NCBI RefSeq assembly: GCF_006345805.1 | Contig: NC_042999.1 | Span: 55,490,001 to 55,554,000, forward strand | DNA: 64,000 nucleotides | Origin: Octopus sinensis | Taxonomy: Eukaryota | Direction of reading: 5' to 3' | Shown: positions 26,014-37,947 of the stretch, piece after piece | How the letters are laid out: every line of letters begins with the position of its first letter | Numbering within the stretch: the first letter of the stretch is position 1 | Program-made: the position numbers and the translations under genes | The notes under the pieces: model-generated | What the model saw: the letters and a program-made list of their open reading frames with translations, nothing else | What the model was told of the DNA's origin: nothing | The model's database searches: none

Positions 26014-26136
26014 CAGCAAATTAAGGAACGGCCATAATAGGCCGTTCAACCCACTAGAAATAACAGCCAAGGCTTCAACCGCAAAATAGTAGTAATTCCG
26101 TAAATCAGGAGAAAATTAAAAAACATTTACCCTGTT

Positions 26137-26242
26137 TCACTTTATACAATGCATTGTTTCATCGTTTTTTAATGGTAAATCAGCCTGATTAAATTAAATC
26201 AAGCTAATCTTCCATAGGCCAACAGATTCATCAGTAAAGTAA
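26137..26242 (-). ncRNA. Type I hammerhead ribozyme with extended stem II (copy 1)
   Basis: TTACTTTA-CTGATGA-[67-nt hairpin ATC..GAT]-GAA-ACAATGCATTGT-A-TAAAGTGA; 8-bp stem I, 12-nt palindromic stem III. Confidence 0.82.
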
Positions 26243-26617
26243 GCCAGGAGGGAGAGATATTTACACGAGGCAGCACCACTACCGCTTCGGCAATATCTAA
26301 CCTAAAATTTTCAAAATCATCGTACTCGCGCCAATTTATCGGCAGCAAATATAAGCTGCCGATTCCATTTCGGAATTAAACAGAAAATTCATAATTAATC
26401 AATATAGGGTAGCAAAAAATTCAGCAGAAATTATTTTGCTACCAGCGGTCTAGTGAGAAAAAAGGAAATAGTCAGAGACTATTTATAAATTTAACAGCAA
26501 ATTAAGGAACGGCCATAATAGGCCGTTCAACCCACTAGAAATAACAGCCAAGGCTTCAACCGCAAAATAGTAGTAATTCCGTAAATCAGAGAAAAATTAA
26601 AAAACATTTACCTTGTT

Positions 26618-26722
26618 TCACTTTATACAATGCATTGTTTCATCTCGTTTTTTAATGTAAATTAGCCTGAGTAAATAAATCAAGCTAATCTTCCATAGGC
26701 AACAGATTCATCAGTAAAGTAA
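26618..26722 (-). ncRNA. Type I hammerhead ribozyme with extended stem II (copy 2)
   Basis: Same core and stems I and III as copy 1, 481 bp away; a few indels inside stem II. Confidence 0.8.
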
Positions 26723-27058
26723 GCCAGGGGGGAGAGATATTTACACGAGGCAGCACCACTATGGAAGATTAGCTTGATTTAATTTACTCAGGCTAATTTA
26801 CCATTAAAAAACGATGAAACAATGCATTGTATAAAGTGAAACAGGGTAAATGTTTTTTAATTTTCTCCTGATTTACGGAATTACTACTATTTTGCGGTTG
26901 AAGCCTTGGCTGTTATTTCTAGTGGGTTGAACGGCCTATTATGGCCGTTCCTTAATTTGCTGTTGAATTTATAAATAGTCTCTGACTATTTCCTTTTTTC
27001 TCACTAGACCGCTGGTAGCAAAATAATTTCTGCTGAATTTTTTGCTACCCTATATTGA

Positions 27059-27114
<56 letters not shown>

Positions 27115-27714
27115 ATCTTTTCTAAAAGATGGACAGAATTTTCTACTTAACTAAATAATTGAAACTTCGTATACAGGTAGAAGTGTCAAAAGAAAAAATT
27201 AATTTCAACTAGTTTTTTTGAGAAAAATGTATTTTGTAACTTTTACGTAGTTTAATTCTTCGAATTTTAACCAATCGTATTCTGTTTTGAGCTCAATTTA
27301 TTGCTGTCGTGTTATTCATCCTTATCACTGTCTTCTGTTTTCTGTCTTCAAAGGCTTCTCGCATGTTTATTTCAATGTCTTCCCTGACTTACGGAACGAT
27401 TACCTGTGTGTGTGTGTTTTTGTTGTGTATGTGTGTGCGTGTATGTGTTTGTTGTGTGTGTGTTTGTTATTGTTGTATTATTGTTATATATATTATATAT
27501 TATATATATATATATATTATATATATATATAAGATGGTTTGCAGTATCACGTAGGCACTTTAAATTTTCTTTAAAACATTTTTACATTTAAATTTCTATT
27601 TCACAAATAAATTAGCATAGAATAATGGCTTCATTTTTTTGTAATTAAGATCTAAACTGTTAATACAGGAATGTGAAAGAGATAGTTGTATAACTCTAAA
27701 CCTACTTTTGGGCA

Positions 27715-27870
27715 ACCCTGTATACATCTCCTGCTGTGGCTGTGTAGTTCTATCCTGGACAAACACTCCCTCTGGCAGGTGCCGCAAATGTAGCGAAGAC
27801 TTTGCCTGGCTGGTTGTAATGTCATAGTTTCTTGTTGACGTCTTTTCTTGTCTTTTCTTGTTTTTCCATT

Positions 27871-27925
<55 letters not shown>

Positions 27926-28290
27926 ACTCCTTTATGTTCCCTCTTTTACGGTACGTCGCCAATCTCCACGGTTGCTGGCAACTGCTTCCCAGTTGCTAAT
28001 ATTGATGTTGCAGGCCTTCATGTCCCTTTTACAAACATACTTGTAGCGTAAGAACGGTCTTCCCACAGACCTAGTACTCCTAGAGTATGTCCTTGGGGAT
28101 TTTGCCATCTTCCATACGGCTAACATGTCCAAGCCATCTCATACGTCTTTGTGTGAGGAGAGCAAACATGCTCGGTATTCCTGCTTGCTTGAGGACATCT
28201 TTGTTGGGAACATGATTCTGCCATTTGATGCCAAGGATTTTCCGGAGGCAGCGCAGGTGAAAGATATTTAGGCGATGCTTTTGACGTAGG
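27715..28290 (-). mobile_element. RTE (BovB-like) LINE 3' fragment with internal (GA)n
   Basis: FHLRCLRKILGIKWQ..MRWLGHVSRMEDG..GRPFLRYKYVCKRDMK and C-terminal finger YICGTCQRECLSRIELHSHSRRC. Confidence 0.88.
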
Positions 28291-28569
28291 ACGTTCCGGA
28301 TAAAAATTTAAAATGTCTTCCCCCCAGCAGTAGAGGTAGGCTGGATTGTAGCCACACTTCTATACAAGAGGGAGGACAAGATACAATTGATCGAAATTGC
28401 AAGTATGGTTATCACTAGCGATATCAAGATATAACTTGGTATTTTGTATTTTATGTGTAGATGTATATATATATATAGATGTACATGTAATATGTACTGG
28501 TGCTATTAAGTTAGACATGGCCTGGGCCAATAATGGCCGAAACCTATCAAAGTATCAAAGTATACATGC

Positions 28570-28870
28570 ACTAGCACTATGACCCGGCAACGACGGGTCA
28601 TAAGGCTAGTATATATATATATAAAACTGAGAATGTGTGTCCGTCTGTCTGTCTGTCTGCGTGTTTCCCTAAAACTTGAGAACTACATAACCAATTTCAT
28701 TCAAATTTTGCACATGCCTTACTTAGGGTCCGGGGAGTGTCATCGGCAAAAAAATGTTCAACTTCTTGCCTAGGGCGAGCCCATAGAAATATCATATCTT
28801 CACTATTTCAGAATTACGTGTTAAAAGTGAAACAAAAACATTTCTCTATTTTAGGTCAGATACTTTCACT
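28570..28870 (+). mobile_element. Non-autonomous Helitron-like pieces (3' hairpin plus CTAG joined to a 5' head)
   Basis: TATGACCCG..CGGGTCATA..CTAGT followed by TATATATAAAA and (GTCT)n as in the 32129 element. Confidence 0.5.
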
Positions 28871-30304
28871 TTAACAATAAAAATTAGTGATAATAATAAC
28901 AATTGAATTATATGTATTAAGTAATAATTAAAATCAAACTAAAGTATAATATGATAATTAAATCGTAACAACAAAAGTAAAAATAGCAATTGGTATAAAA
29001 TTGCATCAATGACTTGAACTTGAATAAGTGGTTTCACATGAATGGGAATATATTAAAAATAAAATTAGTGTGAAGAAATGGAATAGTCCAGATGAAGCTG
29101 TGCACATATCTTTTACCACAGCTTTTACACTAGATTATCTGCTAATTAGCTAGCATTAAGTATCTATATGAAGTTTGGCTGTATGTAATGTCTGTTTCCT
29201 CGAACAGCCGCTTCTACTGAGTACTGCTGTTGGTTTATTTCTTATACATAAAGGACTATAGCTTCAACTGCGTACTGCTTTTTGATTCACAGTAAGGTTT
29301 GTTGTTATTATTATTACTGTTTAACTATTGTTATCACGTTTATTGGTTCCTCGTAAGCGAAACGTTGTGGTTAAGCGAGCGGGCTACTAACTCCAAGATT
29401 CCAAGCAGTGACCTGAATAATAATAACATCGAAAATTACCTTAAAAATGAGAACTCAAGTTCGAAATTTCCCCAAGACACCTGATGGAGGCTGGAAAGTA
29501 TAACAGCCGAAACAACAAACAAGATTAGGATAAATATCCGTCAAATGTAAATAATGTAAATGATCGGTTGTTATTCTTAAATGTATTTTAAAAGAATAAC
29601 TTTGTTTAACATCGATTATCTTCATGGCAGAAAAAGAAGCGTCTTCCTTCAAAATTACCGCACAAATGCAGTCAGACAGAGATACTATATTATTAGAGAA
29701 AGAATTGTTGGATTAGGATAAAAAAAAATATGAGAAAGATATGGTATATAACTTTTTATTTTTTTTGTGCAGGGGTTCCTTGAGACACGTAATCTATTTT
29801 AAGGGTTACGCAAGAGCAAAAAAGGTTGAGAAACACTGCGCCTGAAAAATAAACGAAGACACACGAGTTGATTTACTTCTGGGTCGCTTATTAGCTGTTG
29901 CTTTTGGCTTGCATCAGTCGAAAGGAGAATATCTATCGGAAACATTTTATTCCTTTATTTTATTTACTTTACAGATCCTCAACTTGTTCACACTATTCTT
30001 AACGGTGAGTGACAATGAAGTGCACAACATGAAGTTTTTTTACCTGCTGTATCTGAAGAAAAGGACGGTGCCCATGGCTTTTGCGGGCCCTTGTGGACTG
30101 AAGAAATTGATGTCGTTAATGTTTCCCATTAAACATTTGTAAGCCAAAACCTGAACATCGAAAGAATTCCATGGGGACTGAAAATCTGAGGAGAAAGAGG
30201 TGGGCGTAGTGCTTAGTATGGAGTTTAATGATGTCCATAAGAAGGGAGATGAGAAGAAAGGAGATGCGTGAGACTGAATTACCTGTGTTGAGCAGTGACT
30301 ATTA

Positions 30305-30346
<42 letters not shown>

Positions 30347-30447
30347 AAAAAAGCAGAGAGAGGAAATAGCGCGTTTGTGAGTAAGCGGTTGGAGCGTGAC
30401 TGTCTACCGATCAGCTTGACAGGTCTTTTTCCCAATGCAGTCTCTGA

Positions 30448-30498
<51 letters not shown>

Positions 30499-30499
30499 C

Positions 30500-30770
30500 A
30501 GAAGCATTGTCCTGGATGTAAGAGCGATACTTCGTTGTTGAGGATCAACTGAGCTTTATAGAATACCAAAACTGTTTGGAGACTCAAGTATATTGTTGCT
30601 CTGAAGAGAATGATCAGTCGTAGGGATGCAGTCGTACCTGTGTCAAAGATGAGTTTTCACCAGAAGAGATCATCAGTGATAGTAAGACCCACCGATTTTG
30701 AGGTCTCTGAGTGGTGTCCGTGATTAGCAGTGGGCTGTGGTAGTGTTTTCTTGATATGAGTAGTTTCGCT
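30500..30770 (-). mobile_element. CR1/Jockey-group LINE RT fragment
   Basis: VGLTITDDLFW*KLI..ASLRLIILFRA..FYKAQL resembles LG.TI..DLSW..HI..A..RL..L.R..LYK. Confidence 0.55.
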
Positions 30771-31269
30771 TTGTAGGAAATCTTTTAGGTCTCTGTTCAG
30801 GGGAAGTAGATGGGGGTGGTCGGTAAGTAAGGAAATTGAGGGTTAAGAAGGCCTTGAGACAAAGAGAGAGAGGGACAGAGAAGAGAGAGAGAGAGAGGAG
30901 TGTGTCTGCGCGCGCACACACACAAACACAAACACGCACATACCGACAGCGAATTGCATACGCAATAAGTAACATAAATATTCGCAAAATAAGAAACCAT
31001 TGAAAAGCTTCTATCGATATTGCATACCCCATGTGCAAGCATGCAAGATGACACGAATGTGCATAAGCGCGGCCTCATTGGTGCAACAATGCAGCTTTAC
31101 AAAACCCTTATAGCAAGCAGCAGTATGTGACAATATGCATTCAATTTGTATCGTATACTGAAGTCAATAGATTGTGCATTATAAATAGAATACGTAGATA
31201 ATATGTTTTTAAAAATGCGCAGAAGGACGGGACACGGCTTCCGTTGACATTCCGATCCTCCGTCGGTTA

Positions 31270-31556
31270 CGACGACGACGGTTTCTGTTGATCCGATCAA
31301 CGAAACAGCCTGCTCGTGAAAGGGACATGAAAGTCACTGAGCACTCTACAGGTATGCATGCCCTTAACATAGTTCTCATGGAGATTCATGTGACACAGAA
31401 TGTGAGAAGGCTGGCCCTTTGGAATTACAGGTATAACTTGTTTTCGCCAGGTGAGTGGACCGGAGCAACGTAAAGTGTCTTTCTCGAAGACACAAGGCAC
31501 CGCTGAGGATCGAACTCTCAACTTTACAATCGTGAGCCAAATGCCCTAATCACTAA
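31270..31556 (-). mobile_element. SINE family C copy
   Basis: Reverse complement similarity to 11055-11340. Confidence 0.75.
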
Positions 31557-31924
31557 AGGGGGTGATATCAACGGAGGCAAATTAGGAGGGAGACGTAGGG
31601 TTGTGATAGGAAACCCTCCCGTGTTTTCCCCGGTCATTGGTAATAGAAGAGTAAGGGGGAAGACGATGATGTTTCCATGTAACTTATGTTTGAACCTCAT
31701 TTTTTTATATCATGACCACAGGCGTAGGTGTGGCTGTGTGGTAAGAAGTTTGCATCCCGGTCACGTAGTTCGGAGTTCAGTCCCACTGCGTGGCACCTTG
31801 GGCAACTGTCTTCAGCTATAACCTCGGGCCGACGAAAGCTTTGTAAGTGGGTTAGGTAAAGGGAAACTGAAAGAAACCTTCGTGTGTGTGCGTATATATT
31901 ATGTATATATATATATATATATAG

Positions 31925-31981
<57 letters not shown>

Positions 31982-32128
31982 GAACTTAGTTTGATTTGAA
32001 AAACCCACTAGAATGGGAGAAAGCGCTAATGATCTAAGTGATATGATATATATATAAAAAATGTAATATATAAAGATCTGTAAATATAAACCATCCGATC
32101 TTCTGAGTACCTTATTTCTTCTAATATA

Positions 32129-32512
32129 TCTCTATATATATAAACGGCAGTTTGTCTGTGTGTGTTTCTGTGTGTCTGTTTGGTTGTACCCTCACTCTGA
32201 CCGCGGCTTTCAACCGATTCTGATGAAACTTGACACACACATAGCCCAATGTCATAATTCAAAACTGACGCAGCGAAAATTTTTTAAAGTTCCCCCAGTT
32301 CTGAAAAAGATCGATAAATTCGACATGGGGTCGACAATCAGAAACACAAACCACAGATGGTCTAGGGGACGCAACTCGACCTTTTTAACTATAAAAAAAA
32401 TTTACCATCATTTTTTTCCCCATTTTTTGGCTATTTTTTGGCTATAACTCTCTAAAAATGCTTTATAGTTATTTCCCTTACAAACCCGAGCAACGCCGGG
32501 CGATACTGCTAG
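32129..32512 (+). mobile_element. Non-autonomous Helitron
   Basis: 5' A|TC..TATATATAAA, GTCT/GT repeat, subterminal hairpin CCCG..CGGG, 3' CTAG. Confidence 0.75.
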
Positions 32513-32532
32513 ATATATTATATATATATATA

Positions 32533-32577
<45 letters not shown>

Positions 32578-32699
32578 ACATATATATATAATATACCTAT
32601 ATATAATATATATATATTATATATTAGTATATATCTATATCTATATATATATATATTATTTATATATATATATATATCTATATATATATATACATAAGC

Positions 32700-32996
32700 T
32701 GAGACCCCCTTCGGTCATGAATGACCCTGGGATTGCACCTAGAAGTTATTCTCCGAGGCACAAGTCCAGGCAGGTTGTTTATGGAAGACCAGCAGTCGCT
32801 CATGCACGCCAGCCTCCCCTCTCCCGATACAGTTTGGCACCTGTGACGTGGCAACTCATTTCTACAGATGAGTTAACTGGAGCAACTTGAAATAAAGTGT
32901 CTTGCTCAAGAACACAACACGCAGCCCGGTCCAGGAATCGAACTCACAACCTCACGATCGTAAACTCGACGCTCTAACCACTGAGCCATGCACCTT
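32700..32996 (-). mobile_element. SINE family C copy
   Basis: tRNA-like head GGCTCAGTGGTTAGAGCG..GTTCGATTCC on minus; matches 61850-62165. Confidence 0.8.
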
Positions 32997-33046
32997 CACA
33001 CACACACACACACACACACACATACATACATACATACATACATACA

Positions 33047-33082
<36 letters not shown>

Positions 33083-33163
33083 TATATATATTGGTAAAAC
33101 GGTAAGATAACAAAAGAAAGAAGAGACCTCATATTATGTAAATAGAGAAATTTATCATATCCA

Positions 33164-33353
33164 ATAATATGTTACATTACTCGGTAGTCAAGATAAACTC
33201 TGATTTCAGATGCGAAGTGAAACCCAACACCATCTCTTCGGTTATCTGGCTATTTTCCGAAGAGATAACCGAAGAGATGGTGTTGTGGATTTCCACTTCG
33301 GCATCTGAAACTCAGAGTTTTTATCTTGACTACCGAGTAATGTAACATATTAT
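33164..33353. repeat. Near-perfect foldback (~85-bp arms, 15-nt loop) with variant hammerhead
   Basis: 33164-33247 is the reverse complement of 33263-33353 apart from single-base indels. Confidence 0.85.
33263..33326 (+). ncRNA. Variant type I hammerhead (CCGAAGA core)
   Basis: AGATAA-CCGAAGA-[GATG..CATC t]-GAA-ACTCAGAGT-T-(T)TTATCT. Confidence 0.5.
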
Positions 33354-33355
33354 GT

Positions 33356-33413
<58 letters not shown>

Positions 33414-33458
33414 TATAATATATAATATATATAGATTATATATATATAATATATATAC

Positions 33459-33491
<33 letters not shown>

Positions 33492-33833
33492 ATAACCTCC
33501 TACACCCAGAACTGAATAGGAAATGGGATAGGACATGGAACAGTGTAATAGCAAACGGGAACTGGGAATAACACCCGCTTTTCCCCAGTATTGCGATCAA
33601 CTCATTTATTTTACTCAGATGCATATTCGCTTGTTAAAATAATATAGGGGATGTTCTTTATTCACCCACTAATCGATTTAATAGTTTGCAATACCTATTT
33701 TTAGCGATAAACAATTACCGTAACGATTAATAAGATTTTTAATGGCTTAATCACACCTAACAGATTCAAAAATGTATATATTGACATAGGATTGGCGATA
33801 TGAATGGGATCAGAACTAAAACACGAACAGAGA

Positions 33834-33933
33834 NNNNNNNNNNNNNNNNNNNNNNNNNNNNNNNNNNNNNNNNNNNNNNNNNNNNNNNNNNNNNNNNNNN
33901 NNNNNNNNNNNNNNNNNNNNNNNNNNNNNNNNN
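33834..33933. other. Assembly gap (100 N)
   Basis: Direct reading. Confidence 1.
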
Positions 33934-34543
33934 TATACATAAGTAAGCACATATTATCATGAACCACATATTATATCGTAAGGCGGTGCGAACTGGTAGA
34001 ACGTTAGCGCCGGGCGAAATTCGTAGCCGTATTTCGTCTGTCTTACGTTCCGAGTTCAAATTCCGCCGAGGTCGACTTTGCCTTTCATCCTTTCGGGGTC
34101 GATAAATTACGTACCAGTTACGCACTGGGGTCGATGTAGTCGACTTAATCCCTTTGTCTGTCCTTGTTTGTCTCCTCTGTGTTTAGCCCCTTGTGGGTAG
34201 TAAAGAAATATATATTCATGAACTTCGTACTCGGTGTGAATAGCTTTTTTCCCTAGGTTTTATTTTTTCGAGTGCATTGAACGTTATCACACCTCTAAAG
34301 GTTTGGCTGCTATTTCTAACACGTCCTGCTACTACGTAACAGCTATTTGCGATATAGGATCTGACCTACCTGTCACGTGGTAGCAGGGCGTGCAACAAAT
34401 AGCAGCCAAATCATTCCTTTTTAGGGGAAAAGGAGCCGTTTACGCGTGATTTCAATTTAACACTCGTCGATCGAGATAGAGAGAGAGAGACATATATACA
34501 TAATATATACATGCATCTATATTATACATATACATATACATAT

Positions 34544-34591
<48 letters not shown>

Positions 34592-34612
34592 AATATTTAT
34601 ATATAGATATAT

Positions 34613-36000
34613 ATGTTCCCCTGCTCCCGCCCACGTTTGCTGCACTTGCCCTTAACCTCTCCAACACCACCCCGACGGACACTAGCACCCACCAAGCAAC
34701 CCACATCGACTCCTATCCCCATCATCCACTCCTTCACCTGCACCTCCAGCAATATTATCTTTTGCATCTCTTGCTCTCTCTGCAATTCCTTGTACATCGG
34801 ACAAACGGGACGCCGCTTGGCTGACCGGTTCGCGGAACACCTTCGTGACACCACCTTGCGAACGACACACCGGTCTCACGCCATTTCCGCTCCACCGGTC
34901 ACTCCTTGCAACACCTATCTGTGTTCGGTTTGTTCTTACACAGAGGCCTCCGGATTCCCGTTTGCGCCGTGAACAGGAATTAATCTTCCTCTTCGCTCTT
35001 ATACGCCATTTGGTCTCAACTCTCCACCCTCCTCATCTAACCCCCTCTCCCCCTCTCCTCACCTATCCTTTTCCCCCCACCCTACTTCTTCAGTCCTTCA
35101 TCCTTTCACCCCTAATCCCCTTCCCTTCTTCCCTCTTCTCCCTCCCTCCTTCCCTCTTCCCCTTCCCTCTGCTCCCTCACTCCCCCTCTCCCTCTTTCCT
35201 CCTTCCTCCCCCTCCTCCCCTTCCTTCTCCCCCTCCTCTCTCTCCCCCTCCCCCTCTTCTTCCCCTCTCCTCCCCCTCTCCCCTTCTCCCCCTTTCTCCC
35301 CCTCTTCTCCTCACTACAACCACACGACTTCACACATCACATCATATATGATGTGCCATACTAATACATACACCAACTATACATACTAATACGTACTAAT
35401 ACATACTAATACATACTAATACATACACCAACCCTATACATACACACGTCCAGACCCCTCATACGCACTTATACTCTCTCATACACCACACACACACACT
35501 TATACATACTAATACGTGCTAATACATACGTAATACATAATAATACATACACCAACCCCATACATTACGCCCGTCCACACCAATCCTACGCACTAATACT
35601 CTCTCATACACACACACACACACACACACACCCTTATACATACTAATACATACACCAAAACCCTATACATACACGCGTCCAGACCCCTCCTACGCACTAT
35701 TAGCTGGTCCTTCAACCATATTATCAACCCTATTATCTCCCCTTATTTCGCTCTCGCGTCTCATGTTTGTTTGACCTCTGGCCGAAATCAGATCGCCATG
35801 TTGATTCGTTAGCTACTGCACGCATTTTTTTTTCTATCCTTCTTTCTGTGTTTTTTTCTCTCTGTGTATCTTTCTGTTGAAGAGCGTAGGCTCGAAACGG
35901 TAAAGACTTGTTTTATTATATTTCCTGAGCGCCATACTAATACAATTTGTTCGTTTGTTTTCCACTGCCTTCGTCTTTTGTCTATTTTCATAAAGCTTCC
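34613..36000 (+). mobile_element. Penelope-like element 3' portion: GIY-YIG endonuclease relic plus pyrimidine-rich pseudo-LTR
   Basis: FTCTSSNIIFCISCSLCNSLYIGQTGRRLADRFAEHLR, frameshifting to PVSRHFRSTGHS..RLRREQELIF; then C/T-rich tract, CATACTAATA minisatellite and hammerhead-like motif at 35869-35906. Confidence 0.85.
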
Positions 36001-36082
36001 CGTTATATATATATATATATATATATCTATATATATATATATATATATGTGTGTGTGGTGTGTGTGTGTGTGTGTGTGTGTA

Positions 36083-37470
36083 CACGATGTGGTATCAAAA
36101 CGTTCCAGGAATATTTCTGATGTGCGCCAACAGATAGCATCACACGGTTGCGTGAGCAGTGACAGCTAGCAGGGACCTTCATGAGGCAGTGTGCCGTGTA
36201 ACATCGCTGTGTTTACTTAGCAAGTTGTAAAATTTGTGCTTTTGTGATCACATGTATGCTATAATCAGCGGTTTTCTTATGGACTAGAAGAACAAAGAGA
36301 CAGGGTGAAATTTTGCGTTAAACTTGGGAAGTCTATTACAGGGACATTGAGCATGCTTCAGTAAGCTTACCGCAGTGAGGCAATGGTTCGTACGCAATGA
36401 TTCAAGTGGCCTGGGCGCTGCAGAAGCGGAAAAATGTCCTTGGGAGATGATGAACTATCTAGAAGAGTTACCACGCGCCTCATCCCCAGAAATGTGACGA
36501 AAATTCGTCAGTTTGTTCTTGAGAATCATCGTAGGACAATCAGCGAATTGAACATGCAGCGTAATTGTTCCTCGCCTGCTGACCACTGAACAGAAACAAC
36601 AATTTGTCGAAGTCTGTCAAGATCTCTGTCACCGTAACGCTGATGACACATCCTTCATGTCGAGGATCCTCATCAGGGATGAGAGTAGAGTCGACAAATA
36701 CGACCCTCAGACGAAGCAGTAGTCAACACAATGGAAGAACCCTACATCTGCATGGATAAAGAAAGCACGACGGAGCTGCAGCTCAATCAAGAAGATATTA
36801 TATAATGGTTATTTTTTGTAGGGATGGGTGGGATAAGAATGATGATGTTCTTGTGTATTTCTAGAATTGGTGTTTATTGTGTTATGGGTGCTCGTTGATT
36901 TTCTAATTCTAAATATGCTTTATTAGGGTCTGTTCGTGCAGTTGCTCAAAGAATTTCTTATGAGGTAAGGATATCTTTGATTTTAATGATTTTGCATCGA
37001 GAGTTGGCCCCTCAGTTCCAGACCATCAATCGATAGTTCTACTACGATGTTTTGAATCCGTTGATGGAGGACATTTGGTGAAAGCGACCGTTTCTCTGGA
37101 GCGCAGAGAATAGGATTCTTCCCAACGACAATGTACCCTGTCAACTAGCTCTCCTCATTCGTGTGTTCCCGCCAAAAACAACACGGTATCGTTTCCACAC
37201 CCACCCTTTCGCCAGATTTAGCACCTGCGGATTTCCATCACTTCCCAAAGACGAAAATGCAGCTATAAGGTCGGCATTTTAACAGCATTGTCAAGGTCAA
37301 GAGCGAATCGCCAAGGGACCTCGACTTGCTTACGGAAAACGACTGCCAGGCCAGATTACAAAGGTAGCAAGAACGCTAGGACCTACTTGGAGATGTTAGA
37401 ACTCACATAAATACGTTATTTTCTTTCATTACACATGACTAGTTCAGGAACATTCTCAGATCATCTCCTG
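36083..37470 (+). mobile_element. Defective mariner (irritans-like) interrupted by a NUMT
   Basis: TA flanks, degenerate ITRs; EQRDRVKFCVKLGKS, VPRLLTTEQKQ, PDLAPADF; many stops. Confidence 0.85.
36797..36994 (+). pseudogene. nad1: NUMT: mitochondrial NADH dehydrogenase subunit 1 fragment
   Basis: Frame 36806-36994 in the invertebrate mitochondrial code reads [49 protein letters not shown] (TGA=W, AGA/AGG=S). Confidence 0.92.
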
Positions 37471-37483
37471 TATGTATGTATGC

Positions 37484-37566
<83 letters not shown>

Positions 37567-37890
37567 TGTATTATGTATATGTATGTATGCGTGTATGATT
37601 GTATATATATATATATATTGTTCTCTAACCAATGTTATATAACATATATATGTGTATGTGTAAAGGAAACAAAAATGGGACAAGAACACAAAACGTCCAG
37701 ACAGATGATACAAAAAAGGGACAAGAAAAAGAAAAGGGACAAAGTAAAGTGAAACAGGAGGGAAGGTGAGGATGAAGAGAAAGCCAGGAAATGTAAGAGA
37801 GGGGGAACGAAAGAAAGAAGAGTGAAAAGAACAAATTAAGTGTGAAGGGGCTGATAGAAAGAAAGAATTAGAGAGTCGTACAAGATTGAT

Positions 37891-37947
<57 letters not shown>

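Larger units (their letters stand above)
26014..27066 (-). mobile_element. Retrozyme-like element: 481-bp tandem unit (1.55 copies) plus a ~306-bp inverted tail
   Basis: CAGCAAATTAAGG at 26014 and 26495; 26761-27066 is the reverse complement of ~26391-26696; flanked by (TA)n on both sides. Confidence 0.8.

Noticed and set aside
27703-27722. Tc1/mariner-like ITR end (and a hAT-like end at ~29820-29838)
   Set aside because: No partner terminus identified
34302-34410. Small hairpin bounded by TTTGGCTGCTATTT / AAATAGCAGCCAAA
   Set aside because: Short inverted copies of a common repeat motif; no further structure or ribozyme core
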